Source: Nemertoderma westbladi
Taxonomy: Eukaryota > Animalia > Xenacoelomorpha
DNA length: 64,000 bases
Direction: 5' to 3'
Assembly: GCA_032718475.1 (NCBI GenBank)
Contig: JAUCBJ010006610.1
Coordinates: 1-64,000 of the forward strand
Made by a program: the position numbers and the translations under genes. This document shows, piece after piece, positions 1 through 12,616 of the stretch (the stretch's first letter is position 1; each line of letters starts with the position of its first letter). Under the pieces are notes generated by a model. It had not been told where the DNA came from. It saw nothing but the letters and a program-made list of their open reading frames with translations, and ran no database searches.

Positions 1-493
1 CGTATCAGTTATCCCACAAAAGCTTTTACACTTTTAGCAAGGAGTTTTCCTCCCTTCGGATATCCCCTCCTCGTAAAATAAAATAAAAACATAAATAAAA
101 TAAAAACATAAAATAAAATAAAAACGCCATGACATACTGCTACTGAGTTCCACCTCCCATGCAGGGCCTTTATCCGCTGGTCAGATTTCTGATGACTAGC
201 ATTTATTACATGCCTTTATGCCTTTATGTTAATGTCTGTGTCTTGATCACATTACGAATTCATTGTTAATAATTGAACTTTATTTACGTACAGTATATTA
301 CATTATAACTGATATTCTGTCGTTAAACTCAATTTGCTGTCATCTTTGCTTAATATATCGCCGATATTACAGAATCAAGAAAGTTTTACACGCGCCACAA
401 CAGGTGGGTCACTATAATTAAGTATCAGTGATAATCTGGACAATTGCATCAGATTTGTGTGTTGTCGTACCTCTGATTTACTAAATAATTAAT

Positions 494-731
494 CAAAGCA
501 AGCAAAACAGTCGGCCGAAGCCGGAGGCGACCCGAAGGCTCCTCTTTCGATAGCTGCTACCCGAGGGTAGGGGTGGGCGCTACTCCAATCCCATGATTTG
601 CTCCCAGTTATTTAACTGGTACTCATTTTATCGACCCCAGTGGATGAAAGGCTGAGTGGACCATGGCGGGGCTGAATTTACAACCAATAGATTGCAGGCC
701 CGGCGCTCAACCAACTGAGCTACCTCGCCCT
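494..731 (-). mobile_element. tRNA-derived SINE, full length, with 12-bp TSD
   Basis: The minus strand begins GGGCGAGGTAGCTCAGTTGGTTGAGCG (A box), has a central CAGCCTTTCATCC..GGGGTCGATAAAATGAGTACCAG domain (recalled as Meta/Sauria-SINE-like) and ends in a (TTGC)n-like tail. It is flanked by the direct repeat TAAATAATTAAT at 482-493 and 732-743. A second copy lies at 42221. Confidence 0.85.
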
Positions 732-2389
732 TAAATAATTAATATATGGCGATATCTCAGACCATTATTATAAGCAAAGCTCTTATTGTTAACTACATCA
801 TGATTGAGAGTTGTCACAAATTGATTACGGTAGCAATATCAATATAATTAGACATAAAGACAAGTTACAATACGTTTCCTCTAAAGGGAAACACAATCAC
901 CAGACTTGAGTCCTTACAGAATTAATTAGTCAGTCATTTGCTTGGTGGGATAAATATTTCTCCATTTGACGCAACACCGCCGCGGCCGCTATGAGGGAGG
1001 TGAATACCGCGGCCGCTCCTAAAGCCGCAGGCCATCGCTAACTATATAGGTTAACTTGGGATTCTGGGGGACTTTTCGATGAAGGAACAGACCAAATTTT
1101 TTTATTTTCTCACCAGGGGAGCGGCTCGGAATTCTAAGATATTAGCAACTCTAACATTATTAAATCTAACCCTTCGACGGACACGGCGGACAAAAATCCG
1201 TCATTTTTTCGACAATTTTAAATTTTTTTTGAAAGGCGCTCTACAGTGGCTCGAAAAAACCCTAGGTTATTGCTTAGCCGACGCCGGGATACGATAGAAG
1301 GGATTAATTAGTGAATTCGTTTTTTTTTAAAAAAAAGATTACCACGCCTTTTTTCCGAAAATGTCCGTCAAAGTTGAAAAAAACGGACAAAATAACTTTG
1401 CGGGATCCGCTATAACTCGGCTAATATTAATCGTACGGGGACGAAAGTAACGCGGTTGGAAAGGGGAAGAGTGGTACTACCTTCGTATCGAATGGGGGTA
1501 AGATATTTATTACAATTTCGGGTGGAAAAAGGGGCTGTAAATTTGTACGTTTTTGTCCGTCTTTTTTGGAAAACTTATTTCCGAAATGTTTAATTCGACA
1601 ACGCGGGTAGGAATCCTCTAATTCTTTTATGAAACTCGTAGAAGACCATTGGGGCTACGTTCCTATCGAATGGGGGTACAAAAAATATATCGGCAATAGG
1701 GGCCAAAAAAGGCCAGAATTTGTAAAGTAGTTTTTATCGAATAATTTTTTATTTTCAACTTTAGTTGGTTAAGGTACATTCTATACAGTCAATATCCATA
1801 CGGGGAATTCAAATATGCTATCGGTTTTGCTCCAAGGATGATATTAAAAAAATGAGGGCCAAAATTGTAATTTCGCGCTTCAAACTTGCTTCGCGGGAAA
1901 TCGTCTAGCTCGAAAACTACTTAATTTACGGGAGATTTGTTTACACAGACTTATAGTGCGTTAAATTATCTATCTAACAGCGTTAATCACAGCGCCGGAG
2001 GTATTATAAAACTGGAACGGCAGGCGATCGTGTGAAATATAATATTTATAAAAAGGGACGAAAAATTTTTTTTTTAACAAATCGCTATTCCATTATAATT
2101 TAGCGTATTGCGCCAAAACTACCTGTAAAATGTATCAAATTAACTCCGCTATCTTTTTTCTTAACATAAATAATTAAAATTACGAATTTTAAGGGTCGAA
2201 AAATATCGCGTTATTTTGGCCCTTTTTTTTAATTTTTTTGGGGCCAAAAATAACCCCTTCTCAAAAGATTAAGAAAAAAATTACGGCAAAGAATATACCA
2301 ATTTTATTGAATTTGGACCACCAGAACCGAAGTTAGAGCGATTTTAGTGAAAAAATAAAAATAATTTTTTTTGCAAAAAAATTAAGAAT

Positions 2390-2467
2390 GGTCAGGTCAA
2401 TATTGGATTTCGAACCCGCGAACTTAGGTTTCATTAACGTGATTGATAACCACTAGACTATGTGACC
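2390..2467 (-). pseudogene. Degenerate tRNA-like sequence embedded in a probable repeat
   Basis: The minus strand reads GGTCA.. TAGTCTAGTGG (A box) .. GGTTCGAAATCC (B box) .. TGACCA. The anticodon arm pairs poorly. Confidence 0.35.
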
Positions 2468-4869
2468 AAGAGAATTTGAAATTTTCGAGTGACTATTTTT
2501 AAACATAAATAACTTCGGTTCTACAGGGCCATTTAATCTGAAACTTTTTTCATTGGATAGAGGATAGATTGTAGTGTGTGAAATAGGATAAAACTTGGGA
2601 AAAGACGCATGTGCACTTAGTGCAAAATGCACTTAAATAGTGAACATTTTTTCGATATTTCAAACACTGTTATTTCCAGTTCTATTCATCGTAGAATGTT
2701 ATTTTTTGGATTAAAATGTAGTTTGGAGTGATTTCTAACTATAATCGTAACATTTGTTTAACTTTTTATGTCTATAAAGTGACTTAAAAATGTCCATGAA
2801 TATGGTCCAAAATCGCAAATCCAGATTTATTAAATTGGATTTTTTACACTTTTAGCGACTGACACTTGATCATACACCATCGTAGATCGGTAGAGGATAA
2901 ACATAAGTTTGTTAAATAAGAGCCACCATTACGATCTGCTAAAGTGCATTTGTACAAATAAGTGTACAAAAGTGCAAATTTTTTAATAAGGTGAAATTAT
3001 ATAGTATTGGGTTCTTTTCTTTGCAAATACTTTATTTTCATATTAATATGTTGTTTGAACCTTACTGAGCGCATTAGGGGATATGCGTACAAATAACCGG
3101 CCCTTATGAGGCTTCGATTGGGTAAATTAATAAAACATAAGGTTGTATAGTATAATATTCTATAAACCAGTGTGATATTAAATGCACTTTAAATAATAAA
3201 TAGAAATCAAATAACAATTGGACCACACAATTAAAAACTCGCACAATTTTGTACATATTATATCGCTTCAAATTAATTCAACAGTGGATATTTGTGGGAA
3301 GGGGGAAGTTACAGTGTGCATTCGGGGGAAGTTTGGTTAACTGCATTTATGCAGTGAATCCAAACTTCCCCCTTTGATATATCATATACTTAAGACATGC
3401 TAGGGTGACGGGGAAATATTTGTTACTGTCACACTTTGCTTCCATTTATCCTATCCTTTATTATTACCCCAGTCAGATAAGAGATAATAAATCAGTAAAA
3501 ACTAAACTACACTGTCTTTCATGCAAACAAATTTCTAACTAAAGACGGGTGAATGAACATGACCATGGAAATAATTTTAAATATAATTGTATATCAACTA
3601 TTTGGGGAGGCTTCCAAGTTAAACCCGAAAACAATTATTTTGTTACATATATAGTAAATAACGTTGTATGTTCTTCTTCCTCTCATAATAAAATATAAAT
3701 GAAATATCTCAGATAGCTATGCCCTGTAACATTTCACAACCAAAATATTTAAGTGTGAAAAGTGTAGGCCTACCACACTCCGCCCAAACAACCGCAAACG
3801 CATAGCCAACAAATTTAACAAAAGGTTACATACATGTTGGGTTCATGACGAGATGAGTGAAAATTGATCGCGTAATATAAAGTAAAAAATTAAGAGACGG
3901 GCTGGCTCTCCTCCACTTTCTTACCCAATGGATATGTTGTTGTAATAATCTAATATTGGGGCGGCTTTCTCTCGTTATACTGTGTTGCCACACCCTCCCG
4001 GTATCATATCTCAGTTAAATACGATAGATAATCAAATACCGTATTGAACTAAATAAAATATAGAGCAAATCAATACATAAGAAGGGAAAAAGGGGGAGAT
4101 AAATCCAGTGAGCGGCCCTTCGTTGAAGGTATACTAGCGCCTTTCCGCTCATTGTATCAGACCAGCAAGATAAAACCTACCTGCATGTATTTTCAGTGAA
4201 ATTGTCAAAGAGTCACAATATATGAAATTGGGATTGAAAGAACATATTTTGTCAAATGCGCTAACAAAGGAAGCTCTACATTTTGAAGCCTATGTAACAA
4301 CTATAACTAAATCGAAACTTCGTGGTAAACAGTTGAAATAGATATATTGTGTACGGCCCTACAACTTTTAGAGTATTATTATGATATGATTAATTGTGCC
4401 ATTATATTTGTTTCTTTAAAACTTTATAAAAGCCTTTTTCTAGAAAATATTTTGTGCATGAGGGGGGGGGGGGGGGGGGGGGGGGTAGTCAAAATTCGAG
4501 GTGATCTAGCATTTATGATTGGGCCCTTATTTTGGGATTCCCCGGGCCCCTTACAGGGTCCCACCACGCCACTGATCTTGGTGAATTAATATTTCGCCTC
4601 AATGTTAAATTCTCAATTTAGGGAATTGTCAAATGAGCAGATTTATAGTGACAAGTATTTCTAACCAAAACAATAAACATATACAACATACAGTATACAT
4701 ACCGGTACAGCAGTACAGTCACACAATACAGTATGATGTTGTCTAGAATAATGATTGAAGATTGAATGTAGCGGTAATTTACAGTCTGACAGTGACAGTA
4801 GGCCTATTTAGTTGGTCAAACCTCAAACGTCAAATGCGCCTAATTAGCCTAATTACTGAATTATATCTT

Positions 4870-5972
4870 TAATTTGTTTTCATGACAATAAACACAAACT
4901 GACAAACACCAGAACAGTAAACTTTAACTTCTATAGTTTGTAAACTATTTGAGAAGGTAATCAGGAAATCCATCATTGACCATATGGATAGAAACAAGTT
5001 ATTCTCTAATGCACAACATGGATTTATATCTGGGAGAAATACGGTTACACAGCTTTTTGAATCATTGGACATTTGGTCCAAAATTATAGACAGCGGAGGA
5101 TCTCTATGTCATTTACTGTGATTTCATGAAGGCTTTTGACCGTGTTCCCCATGGGCTTTTATTGGCAAAGCTATACGAGGCTATGGTATATCTGGAAATG
5201 TATATAATGTCATTAGTGATTTTCTTAAAAATAGATTTCAACGCAGCAACGAGTGGTAATAAATGGCCATCATTCTGCATGGAAAAGTGTTATAAGTGGT
5301 ATTCCTCAAGGAAGCGTAATCGGGCCGTTACCGGTATTGTTTGTTTTATTTAACATAAAGGACCCCCTTGGAAATAATCTGCAAACAGGCAAAGCTTTAG
5401 GGGTAATCCTATATGTTATGTTGGACAATACCTTTATACCGGTACATTGTTTGGTGTATTTGTTATTGTTTTTACATAATGTAAAAATAAATCTATCTAT
5501 TTATAAATGATCTTCCCGACGTAGTTACATCGTATGTTCAGCTGTTTGCCGATGATACAAAGATATTTGCACGTACTGACAGTATTGAAGATTGTGAACA
5601 GCTACAGAGTTGCTTTGGATGAGTGGTCAAGAATACTGGAATATGGCAGTTATCATTTCACCCAGATAAATGTAACGTTCTACAGTACGTATGGGACACA
5701 ATATACAGGCTGACAGGATTTGTTATTGATGAGAAGGTGAAGCAACGTGCTGACGTGACCTTGGCGTGTTGGTTGATAATAAACTTAGTTTCAGTTTACA
5801 TGTGCAGGAAATAGCTAATAAAGCAAATAAAGTGATGGGAATTATAAGGAGATCATTCGATTATTTAGATGCATCAACTTTCCGCAAGCTATATTGTTCA
5901 TTGGTACGACCTCGTCTTGAATATGCTGGTCCGGTATGGAATCCAAGGAGGAAAGTCGAGGATATCGAATTA
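4870..5972 (+). mobile_element. CR1 LINE ORF2 (reverse transcriptase) relic, 5' part
   Basis: Frameshifted RT motifs: DFMKAFDRVPH, SGIPQGSVIGP, LFADDTK (about 5543-5563), and ANKVMGIIRRSF..LYCSLVRPRLEYAGPVWNP. Confidence 0.9.
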
Positions 5973-6345
5973 TTAACTCAATATACTCAATATATAATAT
6001 TTATTTTCCAAACATCAAATTTTGCACATAACAGTTTAATGTGTGAAAGTCTTGCAGATGAATATCAAAAATTTGAAATTATGTTCTAGAATTTTTATGG
6101 AAGCAACAGAGATTGTCAGTAGCAGATGCTAGTTTTGATAATAACTGTTGTAGTAACTTGATGTTGGAGAGGGGGGGGGGCTTACGCCTAAGGGGTAGGG
6201 GGGGGGGGGGGGGGATTGAGAGCAAAGCCAGATCAGGCGGATGATGTTTTAATTAATTTAGGTTTATGTTTATTTTATCTTACTTTATAGATTTAATTAT
6301 AATTATAATTATTATTCTATTCTATTAATTTTATTAATTAGTTAT

Positions 6346-9300
6346 TTATACCAGTTCTTCCATGAGTAGTTCTTTTAAATCTTTTGAAAATGATTGTTTT
6401 TTTATTTTTTTTATTTTTAGTGGTAGTGAGTTCCAGGTTATTGTCCCGTGGTATTTTAGAGATTTTTGCGTTTGCTGAAGTCTGGTACGATGAATGAAGT
6501 AGTTGCGGGTAGCTGTAGAACGTGTGATGTGGGAGTGAATAAGACTTGTCGGTTTAAACAGTGATGTAATGTATTCTTGTTTTTTGTGATTAATAATTTC
6601 CCACATAAGTTTAGCCGTTTCGAGTTCATATAGTTTGTCAATAGGTATAATGTTTAGTGATCTGTAAATCGGTGGTGCGTGTGCTAAGTAGTGGTTGAAG
6701 GTTATCGCGCGTATTATTTTGTTAACCTTGACTCTAATTGGATTAATATTTTTTGCACTTGAGTTTCCCCATAGAATTATTCCGTATGACAAGTAGGGAT
6801 GGATGAAGGTATGGTATAATGATTTTAATATTTTCAGAGGTAAGATATATCGTAGTTTGAAAAATAAACCAGCGGATTTTGAAATTTTTTTGTTTACATA
6901 AGCGCAGTGTTGTTGCCAAGTCAGTTTATTGTCGATAAATAAGCCTAAGAATTTAGTTGATTCTACAATATTGACTGGTTTCCCTTGAATTATAACTTGT
7001 TCGTCGGTAGTATTTTGTTTTTTAGTGATAAGTAGGTATTCCGTTTTTTTTAGATTTAGTGAGAGCTTATTGTCTAATAGCCATTCTTCAAGTTTGGTAA
7101 GTTCCTTATTAACAGTGTCGATGAGGGTGTCTTGGTTTGGGTGATAGTACAGTAGATTTGTGTCATCAGCGAAGAGAGTTGTTGTTAATTGTGTACAGTT
7201 TGGTAAGTCGTTAATGTATAAAAGGAATAGTGTGGCACTTAGAATTGCTCCTTGAGGTGTTCCACAGGTAGAGGTTAGGGGTTCGGATTGGTTGTTATTG
7301 AGGGAGACGTAATGGGTGCGTTCAGTTAGATAGCTTTTTAGAAGAGTGTGTGGCAGGCCTCGTATTCCGTAGCAGTTTAGTTTTTTGAGTAGTATTTCGT
7401 GATTCAGTGTGTCGAAGGCTTTTTTTAAATCTATTGTAATCAAACAGGCAGATTGCTCAGTGTCAAGTATTTCATATAGGCGTTCGGTAATTGTCAGAAT
7501 TGCATCAGTAGTTGTCGAATGTTTACGGAACCCATATTGGTCATTGGAAAGAATATTGTATTTCTCTAAATATGAAATTAATTGGGAGTTTATCACAGTT
7601 TCGTAAAGTTTAGTAAAGACAGGAAGTATGGATATGGGACGATAATTGTTTTTATCAGTCGGATCTCCACTTTTGTAAACGGGAATTATTTTGGCTTGTT
7701 TTAGGATATTTGGAAAGTAACCAGATCTTTATGGAGATATTAATGAAATTTGTGATGTGTGGGGCAAGGTCATAGGCTGCAATTTTTAGGATAGGAATGG
7801 GGAAGTTATCGTTAGTTGAGCAATTATTTCTTAGGTTTAGGATATTATATATAGTTTCAGTTTCGGACGTTTGAGAGAGGGAAAATGAGTTTGGTTTCCG
7901 GTGGTTTACAAAACGTGTTGGGTTACGCTTTGTTGCAGGAAGTGAACCGGCAAGTTGGGGGCCTACATTAGCAAAGTAGTGATTGAACGTAGTTGCTATG
8001 TCAAGTGGGTCAGTGTGTTCAAGTATACCAGTTGATGTAGTAGTTTTAAGTTTTTTAGGTGAAGAAAGTGATTTAGTCTTACGGAGTGCAGAGTTAATAG
8101 TTTGCCAAGTTTTCCTCGTATTATTTTTGTGTTTTTCAAATTGTGCGTGATAGTATGACTTCTCAGTTAGTCTTAGTACATTTGTCAGTTTATTGCGGTA
8201 TTTTTTATAGTAATTTATTTTTTCAGGACTGGGATTCTTACCTAACGAGGCATATAATTTATTTTTAGTTAATATTGACTTAACCAGGTTTTCAGTCATC
8301 CACGGTTTTTTTGGCATTTCCTTTTTTAGTAGTTCTTTTTTTGGTAAATGAATATTTACTATTTTTTGAAAGTCATTATAAAACAACTCAAATTTCTTTT
8401 CGTATGTATTATATGACCTTTGGTATGACCAATTACGTGGATTTCTTAAATCATTTAAGAAATTTGTTTTATTAAATTTTCGGTAGTCATACGTATACTG
8501 TTTTTCGGAGGATTTGAAAAAAACATTATAATTTTGAATAATAAGGAAAGTTGCAAGATGGTCAGTTGTTCCGATTTCTGATAGGAAAACTCCAGGCGTT
8601 ATTAATTTATCAGTTATATTAGAAGAGAAATGATCTATAAGTGTTCTAGAGTGGGGTGTTATTCTAGTTGCAACCTTGATATACTGATCAAAAGAGTTAG
8701 ATTGTAGGCTTTGGGTATATTTGTTGGAAATGTTGGTTGATTTGAGTAAATCTAAAACTATGTCTAGATTTCTTTTTGATAATTGGAATATAGTCTTATT
8801 TAAGTTTTCAATAAATTCATCAGCATCGCACGATTGGGGGCGATATATAGTTCCTAGTAGTAACGGCTTCTGTGTCTGAGTAAGTAAGTTCCGTGAGCGG
8901 TTAACAGTTATCCAAGTTGACTCGCAGTTTTCAATTTTAATATCTTGACAGATGGAGTAATTCTTGACAGATGGAGTAATCCAGACTATTCTTATTGTAT
9001 ATGGCGGTGCCGCCACGGTTTAATTGTCCATATTTTCGGTTTGTAATAAGTGGGGGACTGTAGCCAGGGATATTAAAGTAAGTGAGATCAGTATCGTCAG
9101 TGAGAAAAGTTTCAGTGAAAGTAAGAACGTCGAACTGATAATCTAGGAGAGCTATGTGTCTAAAGTGTGGCTTAAATTTTTGTTCAGACTCCGGCAGTTT
9201 AAATTGAAAATTGAAAAAGAGTTATTTTTTTGGGGGATATTATTGAATTTTGATATATTAAAGTACCTACCGTCGTCAGTATTATTAGAGTTCAAGTTTT

Positions 9301-9590
9301 GATCGGGATCAATATCGTTAAAATAGTTATTTAGTTGTTTTGAGTTTTCAGCTAAACTGATATCAGATTCATTATTAGAAAATATATCGTCATCATAATT
9401 AGGAATCATATGAAACGGGAAAATTTCCAAATTGCAGAAATTACAGTAAATTTCATGTTTTTGTATGGAGATATCACTGGTTGACAAATGGGTACCACAT
9501 GGTACGTGGTATAAATTGGTGCAAAAGGCGCATTTAAAAGAAAATTCATTAGGGTTAAATTTTGAAAAACAAAATTCGCAAGAATTGACG
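6346..9590 (-). pseudogene. LINE ORF2: PHD finger, APE endonuclease, RT (frameshifted)
   Basis: PHD-like CEFC..CAFC..HVPC..CNFC followed by EIFPF. EN motifs FNLNCRSL, TFTETFL, IYRP, TLIDH, TDH. RT motifs QYGFR, DLKKAFDT, GTPQGAILS, LFADDT. Frame breaks near 9150, 9015 and 7720. Confidence 0.88.
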
Positions 9591-10167
9591 CTGGCTGTGC
9601 TCTACTGTATAGGAGAAACTATAAAATTAGTACGGGAGGGGGAAATAAAAGGTAAGTTTGATATTCAACTGAGATTGCCAGGAGAAAATAGCAATCTGAA
9701 AAATTAATCTAGCCTAGCATAAGGTGGTACAATATGATATCAGCTATACCAGTAGTGAAATCTATGGTAATTGATATGCTGAGTAATGATAGAAAATTCT
9801 GATAATAAAATATTGTTTATCAGCACTGTTATCATGAGATGACATGTATTATTATGAAGGGAATATTTTTTGGTATGGTTAGTTGGTGACAGCGTTAGTC
9901 GGCACACGCAAACGCGTGTATAAAATGGTTTCGAAAATAAAAGTGGTGATATATACTTTACATTTATATTTCTATGAGAAGTGAAACGAATTGGATAAGG
10001 TAGAGTTTATTCTTTGTTATATGCTGAAGAAACATGATTATGATTTACAATGTTATGTTACATGAATTTCCAAGTCTAATTAGGCCTAGTTTTACACAGA
10101 CGAGGGAAAGAAACATGATAGATTTTAATAGATGGATAGATGTTGTGTTACATGAACGACTTAATGT

Positions 10168-10505
10168 TTACATGCTGTTAGTGTTAGTTAGACGATTGAT
10201 ATCCTCGAGGCAGTTTATCGCCGTTGGGTGCGAGTTAGCAGTCAGCTTAGCCATAACAGTCCCATTGTAGGAGTATGCGGAATTTATCTTTCGTTGTTTC
10301 TTCATGTCAACTAGAGACTTTAGAAGAATAGCGCGTCGTGGTGTTAGGTTCTCGGCTACGTAAACTTTATCTCCTCTATTCTGCACGTCGGATAGGATAT
10401 TTTTCTTTCGGATAGTAGAGTTTCGCGATATGAAACGAACTATAACTGGGCGTGGGCCTGTCTTTTTCTTACCGAGGCGATGAAAGTTATCCCTCCCTAC
10501 TCTCG
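10168..10505 (-). pseudogene. LINE ORF1 C-terminal fragment
   Basis: HRLG..PRPVIVRF..VYVAENLTPRR is typical of the L1/CR1-type ORF1 RRM-CTD region. Confidence 0.8.
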
Positions 10506-10770
10506 TGTTTAGACGGCTACGTGGTGACATGATTCAGGTATACAAGTACATACATGGACTCTACAACTCGCGAATCCTGTTCAGTGTCGCTCAATCTAGT
10601 AGTACAAGGGGTCATATTTTTAAATTGGAAAAACCTCGGTCTAGTAAATGTTCCCGTCAGCATTATTTTAATTTGCGTGTTGTAAATAGCTGGAACTCAC
10701 TACCGTCGAATGTTGTAACCTCCCCAACCATAAACTCTTTTAAGAATATCCTTGATGCGCACTACTGCAC
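10506..10770 (+). mobile_element. CR1 LINE ORF2 C-terminus (3' part of the interrupted element)
   Basis: RRLRGDMIQVYK..TRGHIFKL..RVVNSWNSLP..FKN.LD is the characteristic CR1 C-terminal signature. Confidence 0.9.
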
Positions 10771-11016
10771 TAGTGTAACCACCCACTTTTATATAACTTT
10801 AAAGGCACGCAGTAATGTATTTAAATGTTTTTTACTTAAATATACGTTTTTAAACTGTATTTTTAGTTCAGTGTTTTTAATTTTACTGGTATGTGTATAG
10901 GTAAAAATTACCTCTATCACTTAAACAATTATATTTCTGTATTTAGTAATAATAATATCAAATATACTGTAGGGTGCATTTTTAGTCAGATGCCGTCCGA
11001 TCCGATCCGATCCGAT

Positions 11017-11064
11017 CAAGGACTACTATACTACTACTATACTATAGTAGTATAGTAGTCCTTG
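11017..11064. mobile_element. 48-bp palindromic micro-MITE with 3-bp TSD (GAT)
   Basis: CAAGGACTACTATACTACTA...TAGTAGTATAGTAGTCCTTG is flanked by GAT on both sides and is absent from the opposite TIR of the host element. Confidence 0.65.
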
Positions 11065-11099
11065 GATCCGATGCATTCCGGCAATTATTGTAGCTACAA

Positions 11100-12127
11100 C
11101 ACAAGTCCCTAAAAGGTGCCACCCTGCTCCATAGCGCGGGAAATTCAAATGATTGAAAGACATGTAATTTATACTGGAAAGGATGGCAGATCAGATCTAC
11201 CACCTATATTTTGGCGGTAAATTAAAATCTGTTTTAACATAGCGATAGCAGCATAGAATACGTCTTATAAGACTACCGGTATTGTAATTCATTGAATTCG
11301 AATAAATTATTTCTAATCGGTTTAATTCACTCATCCGTTATTGTTGTTGTTTTATCTATTCTGGGGCTTCGAGCAGCACGTGAACAACTAAACTGAACTG
11401 TTAAGGCCTACTACACATGCAGTAGCAGTAGCTACTACAGTAAGAAGTTTTACAGTATGAAGTATACTGCTCTAACTCCTTGACCTTTTAGTACGTTACT
11501 CACGTACATAGTGCAGCACACTGTGTACAGTTTGTGATGGAAATATGATAATTCTGTAATTTGAATCAATCGCCAAAAATATATCAATTCACTGCGCCTT
11601 TCTATTTATCCACTTGAAATCTACTATTAATATACTAGGTATAAGTGTATAATTGTTATGATTATAATGTTCTAGACTTTACTGTGATAGAAGTTAAAAC
11701 AAATCCCGCCGACACCCCCCCCCCCCTCAATTTTGCTCGATATGTCCCATTCTAGTTAACCAGTCAGCTTAGTTGATCACGTGCTGCTCGAAGTCACAGA
11801 CTAGTTAACCAGTCAGCTTAGTTGTTCACGTGCTGCTCGATGTCCCAGACTAATTAACCAGTCAGCTTAGTTGTTCGCGTGCTGCTCGAACAATAACAAC
11901 AATAACGGATGAGTGAATTAAACCGATAAGAAATAATTTATTCTGATTCAATGAATTACATTAGTCTTACTCTATTCATGTATTCAATGTTTAAACAGAT
12001 TTGAATTTACCGCCAAAATATTGGTGGCAGATCTGATCTGCCACCCTCTCTAGTACAAATTACATGTCTTTCAATCATTTGAATTTCCCGCGCTATGGAG
12101 CAGGGTGGCACCTTTTAGGGACTTGTG
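11100..12127. mobile_element. Foldback/MITE with about 300-bp TIRs (CAC...GTG ends)
   Basis: 11100-11400 is the reverse complement of about 11810-12127 (CACAAGTCCCTAAAAGGTGCCACCC vs GGGTGGCACCTTTTAGGGACTTGTG). Three 48-bp tandem units at about 11752-11890. Confidence 0.8.
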
Positions 12128-12616
12128 GCTTTCATTGCAGTAAAGAAAAGTGTAGGCGCCGTATAACCGCGGTATAATCAGTTTTCAGATCTAGCCCCTC
12201 TACTAATTCATTATGCCCTATATTAATTAAATAAAACACAGCAAAGATAGGTGGAATATTCTGATATTCAATTAAAGGGATATTGCGTTAGAGAAACTGT
12301 GATAGGCAAAACAGAAGTAGGCCTAAGCAGCTGGGCTTGTACAGTCTGCAGTCTGACAGTTGTAGCTAGAATAATTGCTGAATTTGCATCGGATCGGATC
12401 GGATCGGACGGCATCTGACATATAATTCTACCTCAATATACTGTTATAGGCCTAGTAACGTGGGATACATGACCGAACGTAATCAGGATCGAATGTAACA
12501 TAGTTTTTACGAATCGAACGTAACCTCAATTATGTTACATTGGATCCTATAAGCTATAACTATGTTACATTGGATCTATAAATTACTAAGCCCGAATGTA
12601 ACATACATTTATTTTT

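Larger units (their letters stand above)
5973..10505 (-). mobile_element. 5'-truncated CR1-group LINE (Crack/Daphne/L2-like) inserted antisense into the CR1 relic
   Basis: Contains an ORF1 C-terminus, spacer, PHD finger, APE endonuclease and RT in the expected order, then an AT/C-rich 3' UTR. CR1 sequence lies on both sides. Confidence 0.85.
10970..12434. mobile_element. Non-autonomous TIR DNA transposon (Mutator-like), outer element
   Basis: Inverted termini GTCAGATGCCGTCCGATCCGATCCGAT and ATCGGATCGGATCGGACGGCATCTGAC. Flanking direct repeat AATATACTG at 10961-10969 and 12435-12443. Confidence 0.7.

Noticed and set aside
2390-2467. Functional tRNA gene
   Set aside because: A and B boxes are present, but the anticodon and T arms pair poorly.
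1160-3130. Large non-autonomous DNA transposon
   Set aside because: It has repeat-like texture and short internal repeats, but I could not identify matching TIRs or a TSD.
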